A stretch of DNA of 64,000 bases from an uncultured delta proteobacterium (GTDB lineage Bacteria; Myxococcota_A; Polyangia; Polyangiales; B10-G4), in assembly GCA_963727445.1 (NCBI GenBank), contig CAVSGI010000014.1, positions 160,001-224,000 of the forward strand, written 5' to 3'. Below, piece after piece: positions 33,473 through 43,664 of this stretch. The notes under the pieces were generated by a model. The model was given only the letters and a program-made list of their open reading frames with translations, searched no databases and was not told the DNA's origin. The position numbers were made by a program, and so were the translations under genes. The stretch's first letter is position 1, and every line of letters starts with the position of its first letter.

Positions 33473-35123
33473 ATGCTTCGCTTCGCGATTGCGATGACGC
33501 TCCTCGGTGTGGCTCTCGGAGGCTGCAGCGCGGAGGAAGACCAGGGCTCCGGCCTGGCTCTGCGCGACCCAGCCGCCCTGATCGATGACATTCAGGGGGA
33601 CCTGCGCCTCCTCGTGCTGCCGAGCGACAGCTTCACCTGCGACCCAGCCACCGGGTTCACGACGCCGAGTCCGCCCGAAGAACGGGGCGCGATGATTCCG
33701 GAAGCGATCTTCACGAACGAGTTCAGCAGCGCAGATCTCCTCTCGGGCGTCATGGCGACCGTACCGCCAGGCCGGTGGGTCATTCTGGTTCGGGGCTGGG
33801 GCACCGACGAGGTGAGCGGACGTACCGACTTCATGATCGCCACTGGATGCGCGACGGACGAAGTCGCGAACGGAGGCACCAAGAACGTCGAGATCGAGCT
33901 GATCCAGAACTTCGGCGCGGGCGTCTGCGGCGACTCGATCCTGAGCCCCGACGAGCAGTGCGACGACGGCAACATGGCGGCGGGCGACGGCTGCGACGCC
34001 TCGTGCCGCACGGAGCCGTTCCTCGTGTCGCGGACCGCGGGGATGGCGGCCGCGGCCGAAATCACACCTGCGTCCGGCTGGACAGAAGGAGCTCGCCTGG
34101 CCGTGGTCTACGACTCGGATCTCGATGACTCGGGATATCCGCGCGATGATGCTGTCTGAGACGGGAGCGAATAATCGACGTCGCCAACTGCACTATCGGT
34201 GGACGGGATTGGTCGACGAGCTTCAGGGTCCACAAGGCGTCCCCGCCGTCGCCGCAGCTGCCTCCTGCACTCGAACGACTCCGCCAAACGGAACCTGTTT
34301 CGGCGTCGCCTATGCTTCGTTCATTGCCGGAACGAACGCGGGGGTGTGGGTGAGTTTTTCGACGGGTACCCGGAATCAGATCGGGACACCGGAAGCCAGA
34401 ATGAATGCAGCGCCAATGATCGCAGAGAGCGAATCCGTCGATTGCGCTCATGGGAGACGGTACGGCACTGGTCGTGTTTCAGGACCCTGCTCGGCCACTG
34501 GCTTGACCGGGAGCATCGTCGCCGGTGACGCGACGACCCCAGGAACTCCCTTCCCGGTCGGCACCGGCCAGACCGGCGCGACCAGCCCCTCGGTCGCGGC
34601 GAGCACCGCCGGCTTCGTCGTCGCCTTCGCCGCGGGCGGCAGCGTCCACTACCAGCGCTACGGCGCCGACGGCGCCGCCGTCGACGCCATGGCGGTCATG
34701 GTGGGCAGCGGAGCGGAGCCGGCGGCCGCGTCGCTCTCCGACGGCCGCACCGCCATCGCCTGGACCAACGGCCTCGGCGTGCAAGCCCAGGTCTACGACG
34801 CCACCATGACTGCCGCCGGTGACGTCCTCGACGTGGGCGCCGGCAGCGCCCCCACCCTCGCCGCTTCGCGCGACCGCTTCGGCGTGGCCTGGGTCGACGG
34901 CTCCGGCATCGTCGCGCGCATGATCAGCCCCGACGGCGCCTTCGCGCTCAACCGCGACGCGCCGCCGACGACCGACGCCTTCCAGGTCGCGACCGGGACC
35001 GTCAGCGACCCCGCCGCCGCCGCCGGCGGCACCGCGAGCGCGCCGCTCTGGTTCGTCGCTTGGCAGGACGGCAACGCCGATCCCGCCGGTGACATCCAGG
35101 GACGCCTCTTCCCGCTGCCCTGA
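33473..35123 (+). CDS. Lipoprotein with myxobacterial Cys-rich repeat; frameshift near 34125-34140
   Basis: Lipobox LGGC; CGDSILSPDEQCDDGN...GDGCDASC repeat; downstream frame continues with beta-propeller-like repeats. Confidence 0.65.
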
Positions 35124-35126
35124 CTC

Positions 35127-35288
35127 ATGGGCGCTGGTCAGTTCTACATCTACCTCTACGCGCTCTGCTTCGTCGCAGTGGCGGGGTTGGTCGTACTGGG
35201 CGCGGGCCTCTTCTTCTGGGGACGGCGCAAGGAGCGGCTCTCACGCGAGCGAAGGCGCGACGCGCGCAAGCGCGAGGCGGGCTCTTGA
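35127..35288 (+). CDS. 53-aa single-pass membrane protein (absent from ORF track)
   Basis: MGAGQFYIYLYALCFVAVAGLVVLGAGLFFWGRRKERLSRERRRDARKREAGS; fills the gap and its stop overlaps the next TTG start. Confidence 0.65.
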   Translation: MGAGQFYIYLYALCFVAVAGLVVLGAGLFFWGRRKERLSRERRRDARKREAGS

Positions 35289-36562
35289 AGGATTGGCGAA
35301 GGGCGGTGGTGCTCACCCTCGCCGCCGCGCTCCTGGGATTCGCTGGCGACGACCCCGACCTGTTGGACGCGCCCCCGGCCGAAGAGTTCGGCCTCCTCGA
35401 GCTCGCCGCCGGTCTCGATCGCCCCCCGGCGCCGGCCGGCGCCGTGCGCTCGCGCAGCCAGCTCCCCCCTCCCCCGCCGCCCGACGATGCGGCTTCTCCA
35501 ACGGGACTCACACCTCTCGCGGCGGCCAACCCCATGGCGCCCGCCCGTGTGGGCTTCGAGATCAGTGGCATGCTCGGCCCCATCGCGCGCAGCGCCCTCG
35601 CCTCGGACCTCTCCTACGTACGCGAGCTCCGCATCGAGGACGAGTGCGACTTCGTGATCAGCGGACGCGCCCAGAGCGGCGAGCTCACCCTCAGCCTGCG
35701 TCGCTCCACCGACGGCGTCGGATTCACGCGGACCTACCGCGGTCAGGACTTCGCGTCCTTCCTCCACGAGTTCGCGGACGACGTGGTGGAGTCGCTCACC
35801 GGACGTCGCGCCGCCTTCGCCTCGCGCCTCGTCTTCGGGCGTCGCATCGCGCGCGGGCGCAAGGACATCTTCGTGGCCGACGCCGACGGCCGGGGGCTCA
35901 CCCGCGTCTCGAGCGGGCACGGGATCGCCACCCTCCCCGCCTTCGGCCCAGAGGGCGTTTTCTATTCGGTGGCCACGCCCACCGGGGTCTTCATCACCCG
36001 AAGCGGCACGGCGGACGCGCCGATCGTGGGCGGCCACAACACCAACATGGGCGCGCGCTTCTGCGGCGGCCGCCTCTACTTCGCCTCGAGCCGTGAAGGC
36101 AACACGGACATCTACAGCGTGCGCCCCGACGGCAGCGACGAGCAGCGCCTCACCGCCAATCCAGCCATCGACGTGAGCCCCGCCTGCGCGCCCGATGGCG
36201 GCATCGCCTTCGTCTCGAACCGGCGCGGCACGCCCCAGATCTTTTTGGCGAAGGCGGGCGAGTCGGCGCTGGAGCAGCTGACCCACGGCGAGCTCGAAGC
36301 GCAGACCCCCGCTCTGTGCGGTCGATGGCTCGCCTACACCGAGGTGGGCGGCGGGATGCGTGTGATGGTGCTCGACCGCCGGACCGGGGTCGTCACCCGG
36401 GTCAGCGCCGAGCGGGGGGAGAACAAGGACCCGGCCTTTTCCCCCGATTGCCGCATGATCGCCTGGTCGACCTCCCGGGGCATCGTGGTGGCCCGCCGGG
36501 ATGGCCATCTGCCCCGGGTGGTGCTGCCAGGGGGCGCCGAAGCCATCCGCTGGGAGCGCTGA
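35285..36562 (+). CDS. TolB-like beta-propeller (PD40 repeat) protein
   Basis: KDIFVADADG, FASSREGNTDIY, DVSPACAPDG..IAFVSNRRGTPQIF, DPAFSPD. Confidence 0.85.
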   Translation: MKDWRRAVVLTLAAALLGFAGDDPDLLDAPPAEEFGLLELAAGLDRPPAPAGAVRSRSQLPPPPPPDDAASPTGLTPLAAANPMAPARVGFEISGMLGPIARSALASDLSYVRELRIEDECDFVISGRAQSGELTLSLRRSTDGVGFTRTYRGQDFASFLHEFADDVVESLTGRRAAFASRLVFGRRIARGRKDIFVADADGRGLTRVSSGHGIATLPAFGPEGVFYSVATPTGVFITRSGTADAPIVGGHNTNMGARFCGGRLYFASSREGNTDIYSVRPDGSDEQRLTANPAIDVSPACAPDGGIAFVSNRRGTPQIFLAKAGESALEQLTHGELEAQTPALCGRWLAYTEVGGGMRVMVLDRRTGVVTRVSAERGENKDPAFSPDCRMIAWSTSRGIVVARRDGHLPRVVLPGGAEAIRWER

Positions 36563-36678
36563 GGACCCGCCTTGCCGGCTTGACCCCCTTCGCGAGGCCG
36601 ATTAGAAGGGGGGGTAATTTCCTTTGCAATTCTGGTCCTCCCCACCGCGGGAGGACACTTCACGAGGACTCACGAGAC

Positions 36679-37158
36679 GTGGCCGAAGGTAGCTCGGAGC
36701 GCGGTGGACTACTCAGTCGTGCACCCCGGATCGGACGCCGCACGGCAGGAGTCGTCTTCTGGTGCGCAGCGCTCTACATCGCCGGGGCGGGCTTCTACTC
36801 GATCCCGCTGCAGGTCTTTCAACCGCAGGCGGCCGCCGAGCCGCCGGCGGAGGACTGCGCCTCGGGGGTTCGCGAGCTCAGGAGCGAGCTTCTCGCGCGC
36901 GCTTCGGAACACGTCGCCTCCGCGGGCGCGTCCACCGACGGGCTCGAGGAGTGGCTTCGCGGCTGGGACCTGCGTCACGCAGCTCTCGCCCCGCTGTGCA
37001 CCGGCGAAGGAGAGGCGGCGCACCTCGCGGTGGGTCGAATGCGACATCGCGTCGATGACGCGCTCGGTCGCATCACCCGCGAGATAAAGCCGCTCTCGCA
37101 CCAAGTGGACCGTGGCCTCGAACAAATCACCTCCCGACAGCAGAGAACAGATCGATGA
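36679..37158 (+). CDS. Hypothetical protein with N-terminal TM
   Basis: GTG start after GAGGA; TM GVVFWCAALYIAGAGFYSI; stop overlaps helicase start. Confidence 0.6.
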   Translation: MAEGSSERGGLLSRAPRIGRRTAGVVFWCAALYIAGAGFYSIPLQVFQPQAAAEPPAEDCASGVRELRSELLARASEHVASAGASTDGLEEWLRGWDLRHAALAPLCTGEGEAAHLAVGRMRHRVDDALGRITREIKPLSHQVDRGLEQITSRQQRTDR

Positions 37159-38984
37159 CTACCGACGTAGTGCCCGCGACCGAAGACAAGAGCCCGCCCA
37201 CTTTCGACGCCATTCCTCTCTCCGAGCCGGTTCGCCGCGCGGTGGACGAGATGGGCTGGGTCAACCCGACTCCCGTTCAGCTGGCGACCTACGAGCCGGC
37301 CGTGGACGGCCGCGATCTGATCGTCCAGGCACGCACCGGCACGGGGAAGACCGGCGCCTTCGGCATCGTGATCGCCGATAAGCTGGTCACCGCCGATCCC
37401 GGCGTGCAGGCCCTGGTGCTGGCGCCCACGCGCGAGCTCGCGCTTCAGAGCGCGCGCGAGCTTTCGAAGATCGGCAAGCACAACGGCATTCGCACCTCGG
37501 CGGTCTACGGCGGCGCGCCGATGGAGCGGCAGGTGCGCGAGCTCGAAGCGGGCGCGCAGGTGGTGTCCGGCACCCCGGGGCGCGTCCTCGACCACCTCAA
37601 GCGCGGCACCCTCGACGCCCGGGGCCTGAAGGTTCTGGTCCTCGACGAAGCGGACGAGATGCTCTCCATGGGCTTCGCCGAGGAGCTCAACGCCATCATC
37701 GACCGTCTCCCCAAGGAGCGGCAGACCCTGCTCTTCTCCGCGACCGTCGACCGCGGCGTCGAGCGCGTGGCGAACCGTCACATGACCGACCCCGAGCACG
37801 TCTCGCTCTCGAGCGACGCGATCGGGGCGACCACCATCAGCCACTTCACCTACCTGGTCAGCGGCCAGGGCAAGGTGAACGACCTGATCGAGATCCTCGA
37901 GGTCGAGGACCCCGAGAGCGCGATCGTCTTCTGCAACACCAAGGCAGAGACCGAGATGGTGGCGCAGCAGCTCTCCCAGGCCGGCTTCAACGCCACCTGG
38001 CTCAACGGCGACCTGCCCCAGTCCGAGCGCGAGAAGGTCATGGCGCGCACGCGTGAGGGCAAGCTCCGCTACCTCGTCGCGACCGACGTCGCCGCGCGCG
38101 GGATCGACATCTCGCACGTCACCCACGTCATCAACTACACCTTCCCCGATCACATCGAGCAGTACATCCACCGGACCGGACGGACGGGACGCGCGGGTCG
38201 CACGGGCACGGCCATCTCCCTGGTGAGCCCGCAGGAGTTGGGCTCGCTCTACTACCTCCGGCTCACCTACAAGATCTTCCCGGTGGAGCGCTCGCTCCCG
38301 ACCAAGGGCGAGGAGCGCACGCGCCGCGAAGCCGATCGCATCGGGCTCCTCGAGGCGGCCTTCCCGAAGGCGGTGAGCGAGATCGACCGTTCGGTGGCCC
38401 GACGCCTCCTGACCCACCCCGACGCCGAGCGCATCGTGGGCGGGCTTCTCGGGGCCTTCTTCGGTGGGCGCGAAGGGGTGGACGAGGAAGCCGCCGAAGC
38501 GCGCCGCGACCGCCGCCCCGAGCCGGTCGAGGCTGCCAGCGACGACGACGGCGGCAAGAAGAAGAAAAAGAAGAAGAAGGACGGGACGAAGAAGAAAAAG
38601 AAGAAGGACGAGGCCCGCGAAGCGCGCGAGCAGGAAGCGGCCGCCGCCGGTGCCGACGAAGCCCGGACGCCGCACGAGGAGCCCGAAGCGGAGGCGCGCG
38701 ACGACGAAGCGCCGCGCGAGAGCGAGGCCCCGAAGGACGACGAGGAGGGAATGACCCGCCTCTACGTGAACCTCGGCCGCCGCGACGGGTTGCGCGCCGG
38801 CGACATCGCGCGGCTCCTCCGCGATTCGTGCAGCCTCGAGCGCGCCGAGATCGGCCGCGTTCGTGTGCGCGACAAGCACGCCTTCGTCGACGTGCAGAGC
38901 GATCGCGTGGACCACGTGCTGTCGACCCTGCCCGGCCAGGTGGTCGACGAGCGCGAGGTCGTCGTCGAGGTCGCGAAGAACTGA
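37155..38984 (+). CDS. deaD: DEAD-box RNA helicase (DeaD/CsdA-like) with C-terminal DbpA-type RNA-binding domain
   Basis: ARTGTGKT, PTRELA, TPGR, DEAD, SAT, ARGID, HRTGRTGRAG; C-terminal RLYVNLGRRDG. Confidence 0.88.
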   Translation: MTTDVVPATEDKSPPTFDAIPLSEPVRRAVDEMGWVNPTPVQLATYEPAVDGRDLIVQARTGTGKTGAFGIVIADKLVTADPGVQALVLAPTRELALQSARELSKIGKHNGIRTSAVYGGAPMERQVRELEAGAQVVSGTPGRVLDHLKRGTLDARGLKVLVLDEADEMLSMGFAEELNAIIDRLPKERQTLLFSATVDRGVERVANRHMTDPEHVSLSSDAIGATTISHFTYLVSGQGKVNDLIEILEVEDPESAIVFCNTKAETEMVAQQLSQAGFNATWLNGDLPQSEREKVMARTREGKLRYLVATDVAARGIDISHVTHVINYTFPDHIEQYIHRTGRTGRAGRTGTAISLVSPQELGSLYYLRLTYKIFPVERSLPTKGEERTRREADRIGLLEAAFPKAVSEIDRSVARRLLTHPDAERIVGGLLGAFFGGREGVDEEAAEARRDRRPEPVEAASDDDGGKKKKKKKKDGTKKKKKKDEAREAREQEAAAAGADEARTPHEEPEAEARDDEAPRESEAPKDDEEGMTRLYVNLGRRDGLRAGDIARLLRDSCSLERAEIGRVRVRDKHAFVDVQSDRVDHVLSTLPGQVVDEREVVVEVAKN

Positions 38985-38995
38985 CGCCGCGCTGG

Positions 38996-39580
38996 CTACT
39001 GAGGCGGCGGCTCGGTGGGCGTCAGACGGAGGATCAACGCCGTCTGAATCGTGCGGCCGCGATCCTCGAAGGGCTCGAAGCGCAGCGCGCTCGCCCGGCG
39101 ACGCACACACTCGATCGCCTCTTCGCTCACCCCGGGCGCCGTGGCGCGCGCCCCCACCACTATGCCGCTCCTCACCGTGTCGACCTCGACCTGAAAGGAC
39201 ACGTCCCGACCGATGTGGCGGTCGGCCTCGGTGAGGCAGGCGCTCGGATCGCCCATCATGCGGCGGAGCTCCGCCGAGGGATCGCGGACCCTCTGCGTCT
39301 CGGCCGCCACTTCCTGGGTCTCGGTCACGGTGATGGGCGAGGCGGGGGTCGCCTCGAGCTGGACGTGCTCACCCCCCACCCGACGCTGCGTCGTCATCGC
39401 CACCCCAGGGCCATGGGGCCGGGCTCCTACCTGGCCCGACACCGGCTCCGTCACCTGAGCCCGCTGGGGCTCGCCCACGCCGCGCCCCGGAGCTACCTCC
39501 TCGCCGCCATCGTCGCTGCAAGCGGCTGCGCCGAGCGCCATCCAGAGGGCGAGCGTGGTCGTGAAAGCGCGGGGGGCCAT
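38996..39580 (-). CDS. Hypothetical lipoprotein, TonB-C/AgmX-like C-terminus
   Basis: Lipobox AAAC; SACL...ECVRRRASALRFEP. Confidence 0.6.
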   Translation of the reverse strand: MAPRAFTTTLALWMALGAAACSDDGGEEVAPGRGVGEPQRAQVTEPVSGQVGARPHGPGVAMTTQRRVGGEHVQLEATPASPITVTETQEVAAETQRVRDPSAELRRMMGDPSACLTEADRHIGRDVSFQVEVDTVRSGIVVGARATAPGVSEEAIECVRRRASALRFEPFEDRGRTIQTALILRLTPTEPPPQ

Positions 39581-39674
39581 CCAAGTCTTGATACCACGAC
39601 CGCCCCCGGTCGCGTCTTGATGTCTTCGGGCCTTTACGGGTGGTCGCGGGCTTCGATAATCTCGGCTCCTCCTC

Positions 39675-41603
39675 ATGACCGCTCAGACGGAAAGCTTGCC
39701 GATGGCGAGCCCGAAAAACGCGATCCCGCCGGGACAGGTAGTGGGCGGTCGCTTTCAGGTCGAAGAGACCGTCAGTGAAGACGCCTTGGGTCTCGTTCTG
39801 CGCGCGCGCGATCAGAAGACCAAACGCGCGATCGCACTGCGCCTCCTCGCCCCCACCCTGGTCTCGAACGACGCCGCACAGAAATCGGTGAAAGCCGAAT
39901 GTCGCGGCGCCGCCGGTCTGACACACCGGAGCATCGTCGGGACCTACGGCGTCGGCAGCGCCGCGGGCACGCAGTTCGTGGCCTGCGAGTGGGTGGACGG
40001 CGCGCCGCTCTCGGTGCTCGTGCAGAAGCGCGAGGACGAAGGAAAGAAGCTGTCTCTTCGCGGCGCCTACAACGTGGTCGCCCACGTCGTGAAGGCGCTC
40101 GAGAAGGCCCACCCGACGACCTGTCACGGCGGGCTGCGCCCGAGCATCGTCTGGGTCACCTCCGCCGGCCGCGTGAAGGTGGGCGACTTCGGCGTGGCCA
40201 AGGCGATCGTCAGCACGGTCGGCGCGCGGGCGCTGGGCGAAGCCGAGCAGGCCTGCCTGGCGCCCGAGGTCAAAGCCGGACAGCCGCCGGACAAGCGCAG
40301 CGACATCTTCGGCCTGGGCGCGATCCTCTACACGATGCTCACGGGCAAGAGCCCGGCCGACGGCTTCACGCCGCCGTCTCAGGCCCACCCCGACGCGAGC
40401 GAGGCCATCGACCAGGTACTGCTCAAGTGCCTCGCGGGCGATCCCGCCCAGCGCTACGCCACGCCGGGGGAAGTGCGCGATGCGCTCGGCCCTCTGGTCG
40501 CCGACGCGCCGGAGGTCGCCCCGGAGCTCGACTTCTCGATCGACATCGACTTCGCGGTGGACGAGGACGCGCTGACCATCGCGCAGCCGTCCAAGCGGAA
40601 GGTCGCCCCGCCCTCCCCCGGCCAGCCCAAGGTCGGGGCCCGGGTGTCGATCCACGAGGAGTTCCGCCCCTCCATGGCCGGCGCTGACGGCCCCCCGGCC
40701 CCACGGCTCAGCATGCCCCAGGCGGGCCCGGCCGAGGTGGACCTGAAGGACCTCTTGGCCAAGATCACCGAGAACGACGCGCCGCGTTGGATGGTGGTCA
40801 AGGACAAGCTCGACCACGGTCCCTTCTCGGGTCGCGAGCTGGTTCAGATGATTCTCAAGGGCGAGGTCCTCGAGAACCACGGCCTGCTCAACATGGACAC
40901 CGGAGAGCGCAAGCCGGTGAAGGGCTTCCCGGAGTTCACCGAGTTCCTCGAACAGTTCAAGGTCACCAAGCGCCAGCAGGACGAGGCGGCCGCGCTGCAG
41001 CGCTCGGAAAAGGTCGAGACCGCGAGCAACGTCGGCAAGCTGCTCATCGGCGGTGGCGTGCTCGCCGTGCTGCTCTTGGGCGTCGGCATCTTCCTGCTCA
41101 CGCGCGAGGCGGCGGACGACGAGGTGACGGGCGACGTCGAGCTCGCGAACCTCTACGAGTCGGGCGACATCCAGATCGAAGGCTCGGCCGGCATCCTGCC
41201 GATGCCTCACGGACATCGCGGCATGGGCATGCGCTCCGGCATGGGCGGCGGAGGCGGCGGCTCGCTGAGCTACGAGGACGCGATGAACGAGGCGGTGAAC
41301 CTCGGCGACGCCACCATGGGCGGCAGCGAGCGGCAGCTCACGAGCGCGGACGTCGCGGGGGTGATGAACCGGAACATCAACCGGCTCTTCAGCTGCGTCG
41401 GCCAGGAGCTTCGCGGCGGGGGAAGCCTGCACCAGGTGCAGATCGATCTCGCGATCCTCGGAAGCGGCCGGGTGCAGGGCGCCAGCGTTCGCCAGGGCAG
41501 CCCCGCCTTCAAGCAATGCATCGCCGGTCGCGTTCGCGGCATCCAGTTCCCTTCCTTCCCCGCCCCTCGCATGGGCGCGCGGTACAGCTTCAGCGTCGAT
41601 TGA
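39675..41603 (+). CDS. Ser/Thr pseudokinase - GYF_2-like - TM - AgmX/PglI-like C-terminal domain protein
   Basis: Kinase fold with DFG, APE and SDIFGLG, but IALR and HGGLRPS replace VAIK and HRDLKP; WMVVKDKLDHGPFS; TM; C-terminal FSCV...CIAGRVRGIQFP. Confidence 0.8.
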   Translation: MTAQTESLPMASPKNAIPPGQVVGGRFQVEETVSEDALGLVLRARDQKTKRAIALRLLAPTLVSNDAAQKSVKAECRGAAGLTHRSIVGTYGVGSAAGTQFVACEWVDGAPLSVLVQKREDEGKKLSLRGAYNVVAHVVKALEKAHPTTCHGGLRPSIVWVTSAGRVKVGDFGVAKAIVSTVGARALGEAEQACLAPEVKAGQPPDKRSDIFGLGAILYTMLTGKSPADGFTPPSQAHPDASEAIDQVLLKCLAGDPAQRYATPGEVRDALGPLVADAPEVAPELDFSIDIDFAVDEDALTIAQPSKRKVAPPSPGQPKVGARVSIHEEFRPSMAGADGPPAPRLSMPQAGPAEVDLKDLLAKITENDAPRWMVVKDKLDHGPFSGRELVQMILKGEVLENHGLLNMDTGERKPVKGFPEFTEFLEQFKVTKRQQDEAAALQRSEKVETASNVGKLLIGGGVLAVLLLGVGIFLLTREAADDEVTGDVELANLYESGDIQIEGSAGILPMPHGHRGMGMRSGMGGGGGGSLSYEDAMNEAVNLGDATMGGSERQLTSADVAGVMNRNINRLFSCVGQELRGGGSLHQVQIDLAILGSGRVQGASVRQGSPAFKQCIAGRVRGIQFPSFPAPRMGARYSFSVD

Positions 41604-42391
41604 TGCGGAACACGGGGGGACTACGACCCGCGGCGCTGTCAGCCCTGGCACTGATCGCGCTCCTCGCGGGTTGCGAAGCGACCATCGCCAGCGGTCTGTC
41701 CGAGGGCCAGGCCAACGCCGTGGTGGTCGCGCTCGACGGTCAGGGGATCGGCGCGAGCAAAGAAGCGACCGTCGGCGCGAACGAGGGGTGGGACGTCCGG
41801 GTCCCCAACGACGACGTGGGCTCCGCCCTCTCGGTCTTGCGCGCGCTCGACCTGCCGCGCGAGCCGGCGCCGGGATTGGCCGAGGTCTTCGGCGAGCCTA
41901 CGTTGGTGCCGACCGCGACGGAAGAGCGAGCGCGCTTCGCGGCGGCGCAGAGCGGCGAGCTCGCCCGTTCCCTCGAGGCGATGGACGGGGTGCTCGGCGC
42001 GCGGGTCCACCTCGCCATCCCCGAAGGCCGCAACTTCGCCATGGGTGAGGAGCGCCCGACGCCCAGCGCCTCGGTGCTCCTGCGGCTTCGCACCGGCGCG
42101 TCGGTGGACGACGCGGCGGTGCAATCGCTGGTGGCAGGTGCGGTGCCCGAGCTCACGCCCGACGCGGTGGCCGTGGTGAAGGTCGAAGCCCCCCCCGCCG
42201 CACCCCGGCAGGCCTCTTTGGTCCACATCGGGCCCATCGCGGTCACCCAGGGCTCGGCGCCCATCCTGAAGGGCGTCCTCGCCGGTGCGCTGGGGATTTC
42301 GGCGCTCCTCGCCCTGGCGTTGATCATTTCGTGGATACGGCTCCGCCGCCCGCGACAAGAAACAGAGACTCCGACAGCGCAGGGCGCATGA
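41603..42391 (+). CDS. sctJ: Type III secretion inner-membrane ring lipoprotein, SctJ/YscJ family (orphan)
   Basis: Lipobox LAGC; GLSEGQAN, VFGEPTLVPTATEERARF, ELARSLEAMDGVLGARVHLAIP, PSASVLL; C-terminal TM. Confidence 0.85.
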   Translation: MRNTGGLRPAALSALALIALLAGCEATIASGLSEGQANAVVVALDGQGIGASKEATVGANEGWDVRVPNDDVGSALSVLRALDLPREPAPGLAEVFGEPTLVPTATEERARFAAAQSGELARSLEAMDGVLGARVHLAIPEGRNFAMGEERPTPSASVLLRLRTGASVDDAAVQSLVAGAVPELTPDAVAVVKVEAPPAAPRQASLVHIGPIAVTQGSAPILKGVLAGALGISALLALALIISWIRLRRPRQETETPTAQGA

Positions 42392-42425
42392 CGCGCCGCC
42401 AACCGGAGGGGAAAGGGAAGAGAAC

Positions 42426-43664
42426 ATGAGCCAAGAAGCCCTGGAGGCCACGCGCTACTACTTCGACAAGGCAGCCAAGCTGCTCGACCTTCCCAGCGAC
42501 GTCTCGCTTCAACTGAAGACCCCCCACCGCGAGGTGCGCGTCGAGTGCAACATCGAGCTCGACGACGGAACCATCGGCACCTACATCGGGTTCCGGGTCC
42601 AGCACGACAACGCGCGCGGCCCCTTCAAGGGGGGGCTCCGTTACCACCACCACGTGGACGCCGCGGAGGTCACCGCACTGGCCACGCTGATGACGTGGAA
42701 GACCGCCGTGGTCGGCGTGCCCTTCGGCGGCGCCAAAGGCGGCATCGCCTGCAAGCCCTGGGAGATGAGTCAGGCCGAGCTCCAGCGCCTCACCCGCAAG
42801 TTCGTCGACGGCATCTACGAGATCATCGGGAACAAGAGCGACATCCCCGCGCCCGACATGTACACGAACGCCCAGGTGATGGCGTGGATCTTCGACCAGT
42901 ACGGGAAGTACCGGGGATACGAGCCGGGCGTCGTCACTGGCAAGCCCGTCGAGATGGCGGGATCGCTGGGGCGTAACGCGGCCACCGGCCGTGGCTGCGT
43001 CCACGCGACCGTCGAGCTCCTCGATGCCCTCGGCGACAAGATCGAAGGCAAGACCGTCGTCATCCAGGGTTTCGGCAACGTCGGCAGCTGGGCAGGGATG
43101 ATCCTGCAGGACCTGGGGGCGAAGGTCATCGGCATCTCGGACGTCAGCGGCGGCTACATCGACCCGAATGGAATCGACTGCCACGCTGCCGCCGAGCACG
43201 TGAAGAACAGCGAGAAGCGGACGCTGGAGGGCTTCGCCGCGGAGCACGTCGATGGTGCAGCGATCCTCACCCACGAGTGTGACATCCTCATTCCGGCGGC
43301 CCTGGGCGGTCAGCTCACGAAGGAAAACGCCAAGGACGTGAAGGCGAAGTTCATCGTCGAGGGCGCCAACGGGCCGACGACGCCTGAGGCGGACGAGATC
43401 TTCATCGAGCGCGGCATCCACGTGATCCCCGACATCTACGCGAACGCTGGTGGCGTGACGGTCAGCTACTTCGAGTGGGTGCAGAACATGCAGCACTTCT
43501 ACTGGGAAGAAGAGCGGGTCAACACCGAGCTGAAGAAGATCATGAAGAAGTCCTTCGCCAGCCTCTACGACATCGCCAAGAAGCACGGCTGCGACCTCCG
43601 GACCGCGGCCTTCGTGTTGGGCGTCGGCAGAGTCTGGGAGGCGACCCGCCTGCGCGGCCTGTGA
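42426..43664 (+). CDS. gdhA: Glu/Leu/Phe/Val dehydrogenase (glutamate dehydrogenase)
   Basis: GFRVQHDNARGPFKGGLRY, GGAKGG, DIPAPD, QGFGNVG, EGANGP, NAGGVTVSYFEW. Confidence 0.94.
   Translation: MSQEALEATRYYFDKAAKLLDLPSDVSLQLKTPHREVRVECNIELDDGTIGTYIGFRVQHDNARGPFKGGLRYHHHVDAAEVTALATLMTWKTAVVGVPFGGAKGGIACKPWEMSQAELQRLTRKFVDGIYEIIGNKSDIPAPDMYTNAQVMAWIFDQYGKYRGYEPGVVTGKPVEMAGSLGRNAATGRGCVHATVELLDALGDKIEGKTVVIQGFGNVGSWAGMILQDLGAKVIGISDVSGGYIDPNGIDCHAAAEHVKNSEKRTLEGFAAEHVDGAAILTHECDILIPAALGGQLTKENAKDVKAKFIVEGANGPTTPEADEIFIERGIHVIPDIYANAGGVTVSYFEWVQNMQHFYWEEERVNTELKKIMKKSFASLYDIAKKHGCDLRTAAFVLGVGRVWEATRLRGL

Noticed and set aside
41603..42391. Flagellar FliF or a complete T3SS locus
   Set aside because: Length and lipobox fit SctJ rather than FliF, and no other components are in the window
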